Shown here in pieces: positions 13,230 to 28,632 of a stretch of DNA of 64,000 nucleotides (position 1 is its first letter; every line of letters starts with the position of its first letter). The stretch lies in the NCBI RefSeq assembly GCF_009914755.1, contig NC_060938.1. One strand, written 5' to 3'. The notes beneath the pieces are model-generated. The model ran no database searches. It saw nothing but the letters and a program-made list of their open reading frames with translations, and had not been told where the DNA came from. The translations under genes were made by a program, and so were the position numbers. The DNA is from the human T2T-CHM13v2.0 reference genome, Homo sapiens.

Positions 13230-15541
13230 ACCCTAAGGTATTAATATTCCTGACTTGAATACCTCAGGCTTTTCCCAGCCAACTTCCACGTTGCTCTCCT
13301 ATCCGTCTCCACACCTAATTCTTCTACCAAACCCTTCTGTCCACCCCAGGAGATTGTGAACTCAGGCACCAAATCCAACAAGCTCCCCGAGGAACTTACA
13401 ACAGTCTGTTTTACAGAGAAGTAAATGTTGCTGAGAGAGAAAATTGTCAGGCCTCGGTGTTCCAGAGCAAGAGGCATTCCTTCATTCCCAGAGAGGCCCT
13501 GGGCCTCAGCAAGCAAGCCCGACAAGCCCTCCGCAGCCAGAATCCAAGCTTCAGGCTGCACCTCCCTCACCGCTGGGCCCTGGACAGTGAGGCTGCTGCT
13601 CAGAACCCCTCTCCTCAGAGGGAAATTCCTCAGGGCTGCCCCACCCGACCTGTTCTATCAGTCACTCAAGCCCTCTATCCTCTGTCACAGCCTGGCTCTG
13701 TCCCTTCCCATGCCCCAACCCCCAACCTCCCAGGACCCAGTATCTCAGGATTTCTGCCCTCCTCCAGCCCCGAGCAGCCTGGAAGCCAAGTGGCAAGGAT
13801 GTAGTCAGCCGGGTGGGCCCTAAGAGCCGGTGGAATGGTGTCCATGTTGCAGGAAACAAGGGAAGGTGAGGGGTACAGGGGTGCCTGTGCCAGGCCACCA
13901 CTCCACAGCTCATTCTTCTCTGAGGTTATTCCCCGACCCATACCCCTCTGGAGCCCACCCCAGCTGCTTCCTCTTCCTAGGGGTCTCCACCTGATGTTCT
14001 GTGACTCCCCTGAAAATAAACTTTTGAAAGGCAGACTGTGTGGTTATTGTGAACATGGGTGTAAGGTCAAGAGGCAACCCCATAGCCAGATTTCATCCTC
14101 CTCCAGGCCTCCATCCAGGGCTGCAGAAATAGCTAGCAATTGGCTGGCTAAGCAGGCAGTGGCTTATATGGAAAGAGGGGCCCCTCTGCAGCTGTCACCT
14201 GTGCTTGTGAATTTGTTTTTCCAGCGTCAGGAAGGAAAGGTGATTTGGGAGACACCAAGCAAAGAGCAGGAGGACCTTTTCTGTCCCCTGAAATTTAGGA
14301 GGGAGATTACCAGACAGAGGCTGAGCCTTCCAGCTCCACTGGGGCCTGATGCCCTCTCTCACCTCTGACTGCCACCCTGGGAGGCTCTTTAAGCCTCTGT
14401 GCACGGCTCCCCTGCCCAGAGGGGAGGGCGCATGCGTGTCATGAACACCCAGGTGCTGGAGTCCACAGGACAGGTAGAAGAGAAACGACTGTGGCCACTC
14501 AGCAACCGCTTATGCCAGATACCCTTTTAATAAAATCACCTTCATCCAATCCTCACAGTCATCTCCTGAAATAGGTACTATTCCCATTTTGTAGACAAGG
14601 AAACTGAGACTCCAAGAGGTGAAAGTGCTTATGCAGATCATACTTATTAGGGACGGAGGCAGGACACAGTCCCACAAACACAGGGGGCAGCTGCCAAGGG
14701 GCCTCTTTTTCCATATAAGCCACCGCCTTCTTACCCAGCCAATCTCTAGCTATTTCTGCAGCCCCAGGATTGAGGTCTGAAGAAGGATTGAGTCTACTAT
14801 GGTGTCACTTTCTGGCAAACTCTGAGAGGGACTGAGAAGGCCAAGTGGGGGCCTGCACCAGGCACCCCCAGCACCCAGGGCGCCCCTCCTCCCACTGAGC
14901 CACTCAGAGGCCGGGTCCTGGCAGGGTCCTCTCGCTTCACAGACCCTGCACTCCAGGCCAGACCCTGCATAAAAAGAGGTGTCCACAGTGCTCATATCCC
15001 ACCAGGCTCAGATGTGGTAGCCCCAGGAAGTCACATCCATCTGGGATCTTCCCACCCCAGCCTTTTCAGGAATTTATTGTTATGGGGACATACAACAATA
15101 TTAACCATGAGCACTGCTAGGGTCACTGTTCACAAGCAGGCAGGAGGACCCCCAGTGCAAGGTCTTTCTGTGGGGCCACCTGGCATGCTGCATGCCCAGC
15201 ACTGTAGGTGGACTGGATGGTGGGGAAGGCCCCGTTGGAACCTCAACAGAATGAACTTCTGGGAAACTCAGCCACTCTGGTCCTGGTGTTCTTGGGTTGT
15301 ATGTTTCAAAGCTGTCTTGACTTAACTAGTTCTGTCTCATTTTAGGATCTTCCAAAAGAATTCATGAACCAAGGTGCTAAAGAGCCAGATCCATTCGGCT
15401 CCTGAGCTCTGGAGGGATAGGATGCAGGGTAAATGGACCGAGGGTCCCAGCACCTTTTACCAGCTTTCCTAGCCTGGCCCTTGAGACCCTGTTTGACAGG
15501 TTCCTGTCCACTGACCAGCCCATCTCAAGTCACCCTGCTTC

Positions 15542-15696
15542 TCCCTCTGTGCCCCACCTTCAGTGCCTCCAATCCCTCTGTACCCTACCTTCAGCGCCTC
15601 CAATCCCTCTGTGCCCTACCTTCAGTGCTTCCAATCCCTCTGTGCCCTGCCTTCAGCGCCTCCAATCCCTCTGTGCCCTACCTTCAGTGCCTCCAA
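15542..15696. repeat. Minisatellite, 5 x 31 bp (TCCCTCTGTGCCCTACCTTCAGYGCCTCCAA)
   Basis: Units start at 15542, 15573, 15604, 15635 and 15666 with no spacers. Confidence 0.97.
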
Positions 15697-16049
15697 GCTC
15701 CGTCTCAACCACCCTGTGCCCTCTTGCCTGGGGATCAACCCCTCCTTTCTCCAGAGAACCCCTACTTCACCTAGCACGTTTCCATGTGAATTTCAAAGGC
15801 TAAGTGCAAGGATTAGGTTCCTCTGAACTGGTTGAGATCTTTCAGGCTTCCTGTCCATCCCCCAGTGTCATGCCTATTTATCTCAATTTATGACACCCAC
15901 ACTTTCCCAATAATCCTGTTGCCTTTCTTGGTGCTTTTGTTGCTCCCTATAAATTGTCATTAAAGAGGTTGGATAGGAATGAGCCTGCAGCCCACTACTA
16001 GAGACTTCTCTCCTGGTCAACATCTACATGCTAATGACAGAAGGATTAG

Positions 16050-16600
16050 GTGGTTTTCTAATTATTGATTACTATGGAACAAATGACTTCAAACATGCTG
16101 ATGAAAAACTGCCAACCATTTTCTTCTGCTCACAGATTCCTGAGTCAGGAATCTGGACAGAGCACAGCTGGGATGCCTCTTCTCTGGTCCATGTTTAGGA
16201 CTTCTGCTGGGAAAAGCAGACACCAGGGGTGGGGGAATGAACTGAATGGGTAGGGGCTGGAATTATCTAGAGGCTTCTTCATTCCATGTCTGGCATCTAC
16301 ACTGGAAGGACTCAAAGACTGAGCTGAGTGGGGACTGTCACGTGTCGAATGACATGTGTCCTCTCCATATGGCTTGGGTTTCTCATAACATGGCAGCTGG
16401 GTCACAAGAGTGAGTGTTCCAGGAGAACCAGACAGAAGCCGTGGGGTCTTTTATGGCCAAGCCTCAGAAGTCAAAAAACATTACTTTCTCCATACCCTAC
16501 TGATCAAAGCAGTCACAAGACTGTCCTGATTCAAGAGGAGGAGCATAGGTCCCACCACTGGATCGAAGGAATGTCTAACAATTCTATAACAGCCACAGCA
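16050..16600 (-). mobile_element. MLT1 (G/H/F-like) MaLR LTR
   Basis: CTCACAGATTCCTGAGTCAGGAATCTGG...CTCTCCATATGGCTTGGGTTTCTCATAACATGGCAGC...AGCCTCAGAAGTCA is typical antisense MLT1; ends approximate. Confidence 0.75.
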
Positions 16601-17038
16601 GCACTGGAAGCCTACACCCAGATGCCGAATGACTTGGGAGTCCCTTTGATTCAGGGTATAGGCCCCACCTGACAGGCTACTCAATGGCGATAAGTCATCA
16701 AGAATAAGCAGTGCTGCGAGGCTTCTGACATTCCTGTAGAGAGGCTGTGGTATAGGCCAGGCTACCATGATAAGGATTGTCTAACAGAATGAAGGCTCAA
16801 AGTGGATACTAGGTCTCCTAAAAAAGGCAGAACCCCTATTATCACAACTGGAGCATGCAGGATGTCAGACCAGCAATGTGTGACATGACGCCATCACACA
16901 GGTTAGCTGAGCGCCTTCAATCCCTCCTCCTGCGATCACATGAGAGCTTGTCAAATGCCCATGCTGATATTAAGAAATACTGTATCTATAGCATATTCCT
17001 GATCCAACAATTCAGTCACTGCCTTTCTAATATGCGTC

Positions 17039-17328
<290 letters not shown>

Positions 17329-17924
17329 TCAAATGTGCATCTTTAATCGTCTCGACAGAAATATTTCCAGTGATCAATGTGGATCTCACCAAACTGGGAA
17401 AGAAGTAGGAAGTATACACATCGAGAGGAAAACAGGAGAAAGCAAGTGGAGGTAGACGTTAGAATTATTCCTGAGTTCCTCTAGAGATGGTAGAAGGGAG
17501 GTGGGATTCCAGGGCTAAGTGGTTCCAGGTGGTCCCAGCCTACCAGCTTTCAGCTTTTCATTAGTGTCCCCTTCAAGGCAAGCCCCATCTCTTTCAGAGA
17601 GCAAACATTTACATTGATCTAGGGTCGCTGGAGGCCATTTTACCTTGGAAGTATCTGGGAGTTGGGAGCTGATTAAGGGCAATACAGAACAAATAGCTCA
17701 GAGATGGTCTGGGAAAGAATGAAGAAAGTAAAATTGATATTTGGGGTGAGGGGTGCAGCTTTTCCTGTGGAAGCAGTGTGCAGTAATCCAGGGCACTATC
17801 ACTGCTGTGAGTCATCAACTTCTGGGTCTCTGGCTCAGACAATCTTAGAAAGCCAGAGCTGGGGGGTAGGGGTGCCTGTTCCAAGGTCATCTAGTCCAAC
17901 CCTCGCATTCGAGAGATGTGGAAA

Positions 17925-18255
17925 CTGTTGCAGAGTCCATTTGTGCCCACTGAATATCCATGTGCTTCCCTGAATTTCCCAGCCTTCCTTGCAGTTAGGT
18001 GATTAATTCTAGCCAATGATACATGTCACTTCCGGGCCCAAACACTGAAGACAGTATGTGCCTCCCCCATCCCTCTTATCCCCTGCCACTGTGACCAGAC
18101 AGTCCATGTACCCTAGATGGCATACCTACAAGATGGAAGAGGATCTGTCCATCCTCATCAAAGCAGGAAATACAAAGCTTCACTGTGTGAAGACACTGAA
18201 AACTGGGGTCTTATTTGTCACTGCAGCATGGCCTGGCTTAGCCTGACTACTATGG
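17925..18255 (+). mobile_element. Old MLT1 (J/K-like) LTR fragment
   Basis: CCAGCCTTCCTTGCAGTTAGG...TCTAGCCAATG...TCACTTCCGGGCC and end TTATTTGTCACTGCAGCATGGCCTGGCTTAGCCTGACTA. Confidence 0.6.
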
Positions 18256-19369
18256 AAATTGAGGCCTAGAGAGGGGAAGTATGGATATGAGTAGCCCTGA
18301 TAATGTATGTCAGATCCCCGCTCATTCAGGAAAGCAGATCAAAGCAAGTAACATGGTAGGAATTTCTGCTATAGGGTGATGATCATGCAGCATTGACCCT
18401 CTTGCTGTCATGCTTTATAATTAACAAAATCTATTCATGACCAGAGTCATATAGTGAGGGAATAAGGGAGTCAAAAAGTAAAATCCAGGACTTCCCCCAC
18501 ACACTGCCTGATTGCCTATGCTTTTAGAATACTGATATCTTTTTAAAAGGTTATAACTCTCTTTTATCCTCCCCTTTCCAAAAAAAAAAAAAAAAAACTG
18601 ATTGGCATAGGCTTATTTTTTCCCACAGGTTTATTTTCATAGAATATTTATTTCAATATTTAAATTTTGTCTAGAGAAGGTTCCAATAGCCTGGAGATCA
18701 TTGGAGGTACCCGAGGAGTCATGGGTACCGGGGCTGGGAAACTCCGCCCTTGGGGGGATCCCTGGCTGAGAGAATCCCCTTGGTCGGTCCCCACAGAGGT
18801 ACAGCACCCACTGTCCCACTCAGACCAGCAAATGAAGAAGTTGGATTAGACCACATCAAAGCAAGATTTCTTCAAAAAAATCCAAATCAGATCCAGGTTC
18901 CTCTTCTTGAGACCACAGAGAGTGGGTGAAGGGTGCCTTCTGTGACTGCTTCCTCTTTCAACAAAAAGGGGAATGGCTGTAGGCCTGAGGGTGGCTGTTT
19001 ATGTCTGGGAGAAGGTGACAAGTTAAAGACCAGGGTTGGGGACTCATGCTCTCTGGGGCTCTGTGATGTCCAAATTGCAGCCTCTACCACAGGGAGCCCC
19101 AGCTCTGCTGAGAGGCCCAAGCCCTCTGTAGCCCCAACCCTGGCTGCCCAGCCAGGCCCACCTGATCTGGGATGTCGCCTCTCACCTTCGCCTGCCCTCC
19201 CCTCCCTGTCAACACCCAGATGGGGAACCCACCCCTCAGGTCCCATTTCCCCTCTAGCTCCTTCCTCCTGGGAACTCCATGGTCTGACTTCCATCTTTAC
19301 CTTGATTCTAAAACTATTCCAACCAAGGATGTCACTGAGATGCTATTGCCAAACAGAAAGACCTTAAGT

Positions 19370-19560
19370 TCAACCAGGCCCCATCACTTGCAAGTTTGTA
19401 GCCTTCGTTCGGCAAGTTATTTTCCTTCTCTGGTCTCAGTTTCCTCACCTGTAAAATGAGAATGATAATAATAGGACCTGCCTCATAGGGTTATTGTAAG
19501 GACTAAATGAGGTAATGGGAGTAAAGCACTTGTCAAAATGCCTCCTTCACATAGTCTATC
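19370..19560 (+). mobile_element. MIR
   Basis: CTCAGTTTCCTCACCTGTAAAATGAGAATGATAATA...CCTCATAGGGTTATTGTAAGGACTAAATGAG. Confidence 0.8.
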
Positions 19561-19574
19561 ATGCGATGAGTATA

Positions 19575-19930
19575 AGTTAACAATCCTTCATCCAAAAGCC
19601 CAGTATTTTTTCTTCTTTTAGGAGGTAATATGGTGCATAGGCTGTCTTTAGTATATGTCCCCCAGTGGGTGCCAAGTCAGGGCCTCACAATCAGACACAT
19701 TCATGATGCTGCAGTGACCATGTCAACTTTTACTTGGAGGGACTTCAGACTGCAAATAGCCTCTCCAGTTCAGATCAGATTTTGCTGCTAAATGAGATTT
19801 GGCACCAAATTGACAAAATGAAGAAACAAACAACAACAACAGCAAAAACAAACAAACAAACAAACAAACAACCCTTTTCGTCCCTGGGATCTTTGGGTTT
19901 CAGGCTTGCAGATAGGGAATTATGAGTTTG
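19575..19930. mobile_element. MER46C-like Tigger-family DNA transposon
   Basis: AGGTAATATGGTGCATA, CAAATAGCCTC..CAGTTCAGATCAGATTTTGCTGCTAAATGAG and TTGCAGATAGGGAATTATG match the recalled MER46C consensus. Confidence 0.7.
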
Positions 19931-20659
19931 TGTTAGTATTATTCCTATTTACACAACTAGATTTTCCTGTCACCTAGAACACAGAATGGACTCAATGACT
20001 CCTTCCTAGGAAGTCCTGACTCCAGAGGTCTTCCAGACTCTCCTCCACCCTAACTCTCTCCCTTTGGCTCCTACAGCCCTGGAGCCAAGGTAATGCAACC
20101 GAAGATAGTTTTATACCAATATCTGCTGCAGAGCCCCATGTACCTTAGTTAATCCTATGAGGGCAAGAATAGCATTTTCTACTTCTCTGATCTTCTTAGT
20201 GACAAGTAAAGAGCTGAGTACACAGTCAGTGCTTAATACATGCATCCTACATGAATACTGCTGACCTCTCTATGCCTCTGTTCTAATCTTGGCTCACTTG
20301 GTGCTGGAAGAGGTAGCGCAGTGTACAGAAACCATGTAGCTTCTGGGTTCAGCCAAGCCTGAATTTTAGCCTACTCAGGCACCTCACTGCTTGTATGTTT
20401 CTGTCTGTCTAGAAGGCTCCACTTCACATCCATAAAATGAACATAGTAACCCACTGTGCAGGGTTTTCCCCAAAAGAAGCCGTCTGTGTAATACACCTTG
20501 CACAGGGCCTGGTGCTCACTGGGAAAATGATGGAACTTGAGTCACAGGGTCGTTGTGAGGATTACACGAATGAAAGTTTATGTGGGTCTTAAACGCATGT
20601 TCTGCACGGTCAATTTTTTTTTTTTTTTTGCTATATTTGAGAGTTATAATTTTGCCCCT

Positions 20660-21535
<876 letters not shown>

Positions 21536-23344
21536 CAGCGACACTTGTTATTTCTTCACCCATCCGTTCATTCAACAAATAATTAATAAGTGTCAACTAT
21601 ACGCAGGCACCACACTAGGTTCTGGGGATACAGGGAAGTCCAGTGTGGCAGCACACAGTAGGCCCGCAGGGACCAGCAACAGCTACGGATGCACCCCTTG
21701 GGCTTCTCCCCTGCTTTGCTGCCCGGTTAATTTCAGCACGGTCTTCCCCATTTAATTCACCTTACCTGGTAACTCCTCCGTGTCTTTCTTGGGGCTGTCC
21801 ACCGATCTGAGGCTTCCTTCTCAGCATCTTTCCCATTTCACAGTTGTCTCTCCCACCACACTTCTAAAACTTCCGCCTGCGCCTGCACGCTGAGAAAAAG
21901 CCCTTCTCAGACTCCACTTGCTCATGCCTTTCTACCTCTTAAGGTTTCTTTGAACAAAATCACCCTTCCGAAGCTTGCAGAAGCTCTTGGCTATTACTGA
22001 GCTCTTCCTTGCTAATCCCGGGTTTTACCCTCTCTCCCATGTCATCGATCTTCATTACTGTCTAGTCCCCTAAGCAGGTTCCCCAGCATCCTCACATACC
22101 CCTCGCTTTTCATTTGTCCCTTTGTCATACGTCTCCCCAGCTGCCCTGGAATCCCTGCCAGACCCAGCCTTCCTTCAAAGTGCAACAAAAGCTGGATTTT
22201 TTATCCAAACATATGAAACCCAAAGTCATGTTGTTTCGTGAAGCCTTTTGCGATGAATCCCCCAGAGCTTCAGGTACCCCCTGTTTCACAAAATCAATTT
22301 GATTTTAACAGATTTCTGTTTGCAAATCCTCACCTGATTCACCTGATGTGAATCCTACCTCTGATTACCATGATAAATTGGAAAAAGGGTTTGATAAAAA
22401 ATGAGCTCCTGGAAGGTCTCTCAGCATCCTGCTGGGGTAGCTGTTCGACAGTGTTCCATGGGGTACCATGGCCTTTCGCTGTTGCCCAGTGCAGCCCTCT
22501 TTCTGCAAGGGTCTGCAGTCTCAGCCTTCCAGAGGTGAGGAGCTGAGCCCCTGCCAGCAAAACGCTTCCTCCTTCTCTACTCTGTGGTGGAGAAATGTTC
22601 CTGATGCTTGCTGCTTTCAGCCCTTGTTAGGCCTACCTGCCTCTGGTGTCCCCTGAAGGCCTCCAACTCACATCAGATCTCATCTTTCCTAAATCCCAGC
22701 CTTCTCCAGCTACAACTATGGGGAACTTTTGTCTTCCCTTCTCATCACCCCCTTGGTTCTCACAGCTTCCTCGCAGGTCCTCAACCCATAACTGTTTGGG
22801 AATTCACGCTTGGACAACCCGAAACATTAGCATACCTAAAACTCACATTTACATTTTATTACTTTATAGGAAAACAATTTACAATACAGCCTACAATACG
22901 CTGGGGGAAAAGAGAAATTGACAGACAGAATTTCTCTTTGGTGGGGAGAGTAGGGGATACATACCTACGTATTATTTTTTTACACTTTCTTTTCTTGAGA
23001 AAGTGGTTGATGAAGTAAACCAGGCCTGTGAGATGCTAGCTGTCTTATACCTCTGGTGTGTCTGCCTCATTTACCCAAATCCTTTTTTTTAACCGGAGGA
23101 ATTTTTCCCCAATGGGAAATCCCTGATTTTGCATTCAGAGCTCTCCCAGTTTCATTCCTCCCCTCTTTTTGTTTGTGCATTTATCTGTGAAACACAGCTA
23201 GGCTGAAGAGGTGCACCTTGGAGAGCCAGGGTGGAATAGGTGCCAACTTCAGGCTGTGCATTTCTTAGATTCAAACCTTGAAAAAGTATAAATTACCCCC
23301 AAAGCCCTAACTGGCCAATTTTGTGCATCAGAAATTTTGTGAGG

Positions 23345-23548
23345 AGCCTGGGCAATACCACAAGACCCCCGTCTCTACAAAAAATATTTTAAATGATCTG
23401 GGTGTGGTGGTGGTCCCAGCTACACAGGAGGCTGAGGCAGGAGGATTGCTTGAGTCCAGTACTTCGAGGCTGCAGTGAGATATGATCACGCCACTGCACT
23501 CCAGCCTGGGCCACAGGGCGAGAACCTGTCTCTAAAAAAGAAAAAGAA
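23345..23548 (+). mobile_element. 5'-truncated AluJ
   Basis: Starts AGCCTGGGCAATA; J-type right arm; outer TSD AGAAATTYYGTGAGG at 23330-23344 and 23855-23869. Confidence 0.88.
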
Positions 23549-23848
<300 letters not shown>

Positions 23849-24549
23849 GGAGAAAGAAATTCCGTGAGGTAACTTTACATAAACTTGCTGGAATGGGGTT
23901 CATAGCCATTTTGTGTGTCAAGTGGGTGGATACTATGTCTGTCACATGACAGCAGGAATGTGTCCTCAAATCCCCAGGGCTCCTGAAGAGCAAGTGCCAA
24001 ACAGGCCTTTGAGAAAACGACCCTCAGTGGATGCAGGTCTCTCCTCACACTCAGCTCACAGCTTCACCAGGAACACAGCCAAGGCTGAACCCCACCATCA
24101 GCGCCCCTCCTCTCAGCCTGCACCAATCAGCAAAGGCTGGTGACACCCGGAGGGACAGAATGCCCAGGAATGCCCTCCAGCCCTTGCAGCGTCCAGAGAA
24201 GAAGGTTGCCTCCCTCTCTTTGTGGCTCTGCTAAGATCTCAGAGAAGACAAGGGGAAAATCAAACTAGCAGGCTCTGGAGGAGATGCTGGTCAGGGACCT
24301 GCCACTGAAAGCCTGTATACAACCATGCCCGTGTCCAGGTGGCTGCATATAACCATGCCCATCTGCTGTCAACCAATCTGCTATGCCCCTGCGGCCACGC
24401 ACCTGTCTAAGGCCACCCTCACTCAACCTTGGATTCCAGCCCCTGGTGTAGCCCAAGGCCCTCACTCTGTGCTGGGTGCTCTCTCTGCCTGATTGGCTTC
24501 TCCTCTGCTGAGGCATTCCTCCCAGTGCACAAACATGTTTTACTACCTC

Positions 24550-25020
24550 CCTCTTAAAAAAGAAATCCCTTGGAACTAGATCGCCCTTCGGCTATCACCC
24601 TACTTAGCTTCTTTCTTTTAGAGTCAAATTCCACAAAAGAATTATTATCACAGTCACTACCTCCTCTCCTCCTATCTTTTCTTGAACACTTGAAAACTGG
24701 GCTTTGCACTCCATGACCCCCGCTAAAATGGCTCTTGTCAAGCGTCACAATGATACCACCAGTCAATCCTCAGTCAGTCCTCATCCTCCCCCATTGGTCC
24801 GAAGCATTTGGCCAAGTGCTTGCTCCCTCCTTCTAGAAATACTTTCTTCTCTTGACTCTCTACCCCTCTAATGCCTGTTTTCAGTCTCCTGGACTCGGTC
24901 CCCCTTAGCACAGGAGGTCGCCCGGGCTGCAGCCTAGGGCCTCTTCTTTGCTCTGCCTGCACTCATGCAAGGGTGATCCCTTCCCCTCCCTGCTTTAAAT
25001 ACTGTCCATAGGCTGATGTG
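24550..25020 (+). mobile_element. L2 LINE fragment (ORF2 relic)
   Basis: GCTCTTGTCAAGCGTCACAATGA...AGCATTTGGCC...CTCCCTCCTTCTAGAAATACTTTCTTCTCTTG...TTTAAATACTGTCCATAGGCTGATG is characteristic of L2. Confidence 0.7.
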
Positions 25021-27131
25021 TTTGGATCCTGGCTAAGACTGTGCCTAGCAGGGTGATTGTGGATGGGTCATTTCACCCCTCAAATGTAAAATGAGGTTTC
25101 TAATAGTACTCCATCATAGAGTTATTAGGAGGGTTAAATGAGTTAGTATTTGTAAAGCATTAAAACAGTGGCTGCTGGGTTTATTAAATAAGTGCTCTTC
25201 CACACTTCTTTCCCTAGCCAACTTCAGCTCCCCCTGTAGACCTCGGTGTGCGTGTTTCTTCTAGATATCTGCAGCACCTCCTCCATGGTTACGCTGAGAG
25301 GACTGTGGTCAATGCATTATTACCTCTGTGACTGCTGACTTTCTCTCTCCACTGTGCATACATTCCTGGAGAGCAAGGACGAGGTCTCCCGTCATTCCTG
25401 CTCTGTCCCCTGCACCCAGGGTGATGCGGTCAGGGTAGCACCTCCATGAATAGTCACTGGACGAATGAACGACCAAATACCTGAATGGATGGGCTTTGCA
25501 GCGACTGCTGCATGCTGGGGACTTAACGAAGGGCATGGGCCTCTCCCAAGGAAGAAGCTGCAGAAGGGTCTTGGGAAGGACATGCAGGAGAGCCTGGGCC
25601 ATGGAGGAGGCTGAGAAACATGTCACCCATGACCACAGCAGAGGCTGCTTTGTCCCTCTGTCCCTCCATGCCTGCTCCTGTGCCCTGGATGACGTGACTT
25701 TATCCCACAGGAATGACTGGCGTTCCTGAGACACCTGACACTTGGTGGCTGAGCAGAGCCCCAAGCTAGCCTTCAAGGGGCAGGACCAGGGGTTACTGTT
25801 TATACTCAGATCTGGAACTCAGTAATGAGCTGGTGTTCCTTTCTGAAATGACCGACTCCAGGAAGCTTATGCCATGGAGGCGGTGAGAGCAAGGTGTGCC
25901 ATCAGGCCAGCCTGGGTCTGAATCATGACCCCACTGCTTGTCACCCGTAACCTCAGGAAGAAATGGTTTTAACTCTCTGATTCTTGAGTCGCAAAATAAT
26001 ATTCCCAGTGCCGTTGGGAAGGCAAAATGAGGCACTGTGCTTAGTATATTGTAGAAATGCAAATGTTTACTTCCTTACCTCTAACATGGACTGGAATTCT
26101 TCCATAGGTAATGAAAATGGCAGATATTAAGAAGCTCTAGAAAGGAGTGAAGCTTTTACCTTTTGTCCGGTCATAAATTACACGTTTGACCTTGGATAGG
26201 ATGAATACAAGCATGATTCAATTCACTTCAACTCAACTCAAGGAAAAACTAGTTATATATATGTATGTATAGTTATACATATTTACATTTACTGCAGGCA
26301 CAGATATGTGCTACAGCCCAAGAAGAAGATGGTGAAATTCCAATTTCATACCTCTCTCTTCTTCTTTCTCTAGAACTTTGTATATAAAGCAACAAAGCAC
26401 TTCTTAAGGTCTTTAGCGTCCTGCTCTGCTAATCCTATGATTCAGATGGGACGAGCCTGCAGTGGGTAGGAAATTAATCTTGTTGAGCACCAACACTGCC
26501 GGCGCCTTCACTTGCTTTCTGATGAAATCTCCACCCCCACCCTGTAATGCAGGTCTTCTGAACACGGAAACAAAGCTCCATCTCTAGAATCCCAGCAGAC
26601 AGGGCCTCCATGAAGGACTGGAAAATTCCAGCGCCTCAGAGAACACTTAACCTGTCATGAGTGTGGGTGGAGGAGGCGGGAGGGGATACTGGCAGATCTT
26701 TAGAAGTCCTCAGCTCTAAAGATATGGCATTGTCTGCAATGTGATTCAAGAGAAAAACATAACAGACTCATAAAATGCAAAACTTACATGTATGCTGAAG
26801 TTAAAATGGCTTCTTCTGGATATTTCTGAACACAAAATTCTGGATAATTTTATCAAAGGTGCATTTTCTCATAGCTCTGGAACCTCTGCTTTGCTGCTGC
26901 CCTAATGAGGCCCTTGGTCTGCCCACTGGACTAGGCAGCAGCCAGCCTCTGCTGTGTTCCATGAGATTGAGGGGTAAGCGAGCTTAGGCAAGGCCAGCTA
27001 CTTCCACCGTCTCCCCGCTCCCCACCACTGGATAAGGAGTTGATTTTCTCTAAACATTTCATACAGGCACCCCATATAAGCACTATTTACAGGGCACTCA
27101 GAGAATCAGAAAAACTGATGAGGCCCAGGAC

Positions 27132-27132
<1 letters not shown>

Positions 27133-27182
<50 letters not shown>
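27133..27182. repeat. (TAGA)12 tetranucleotide STR
   Basis: 12 perfect units plus TA. Confidence 0.98.
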
Positions 27183-27183
<1 letters not shown>

Positions 27184-27529
27184 CTAGAGAACTGTTTCAA
27201 GGGCACCAAGTGTGATTACATGTTCAAACCTGTCTTTGTTTATTTTTCCCCCTCTCACATGAAAAGAAAGACAGATGTGTACCTTCTCTATGAGTTGGTG
27301 CAACGTCTGGGTTCAGGTAGAAAATCCTAGGCCCCCTTGAATACACTCCCAGAGCTCAGTGGGTTCCTTGGAAAATCTGTTGACAATTTCCTGTGATCTT
27401 GGATCCAAATGCTATTTTCCAAAAGGCCTTATGATCATGATTTTAAGCATCTCTGGAAACATATTGAAAGAACACACTCAAAATAATATTCAGCCTCGAC
27501 ACCTTAACAATTTCAGGACACAATGGCAT

Positions 27530-28482
<953 letters not shown>

Positions 28483-28564
28483 ATTTTTTTTTTAAGAATG
28501 TATGGAGGCCCTTGGCAATGGACCTTCTGAAGGTTTTCTATCACCACCACATATGCCACAACTA

Positions 28565-28632
28565 CTAGGTTGGTGCAAAAGTAATTGCGGTTTTTACCAT
28601 CACTTACTGCAATTACTTTTGCACCAACCTAA
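28565..28632. mobile_element. MADE1 (Hsmar1-derived MITE), internally deleted
   Basis: TIRs TAGGTTGGTGCAAAAGTAATTGC / GCAATTACTTTTGCACCAACCTA; TA TSD at 28563-28564 and 28633-28634; 68 bp versus the 80-bp consensus. Confidence 0.95.

Noticed and set aside
13835-14368. 177-aa ATG ORF
   Set aside because: Composition is typical of chance ORFs in GC-rich DNA; no recognisable homology and no splice or poly-A support.
14400-14900. CpG-island promoter, NRF1 (GCGCATGCGT at 14428) or CTCF site
   Set aside because: CpG density is too low for an island, the NRF1 match is single and imperfect, and the CTCF-like CAGGGGGCAG lacks the 5' CC core.
15542-15696. CRISPR-like array or repeat protein (PTFSASNPSVPYLQ repeats)
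   Set aside because: Units are contiguous with no spacers, the context is eukaryotic, and the 31-bp period simply cycles through reading frames.
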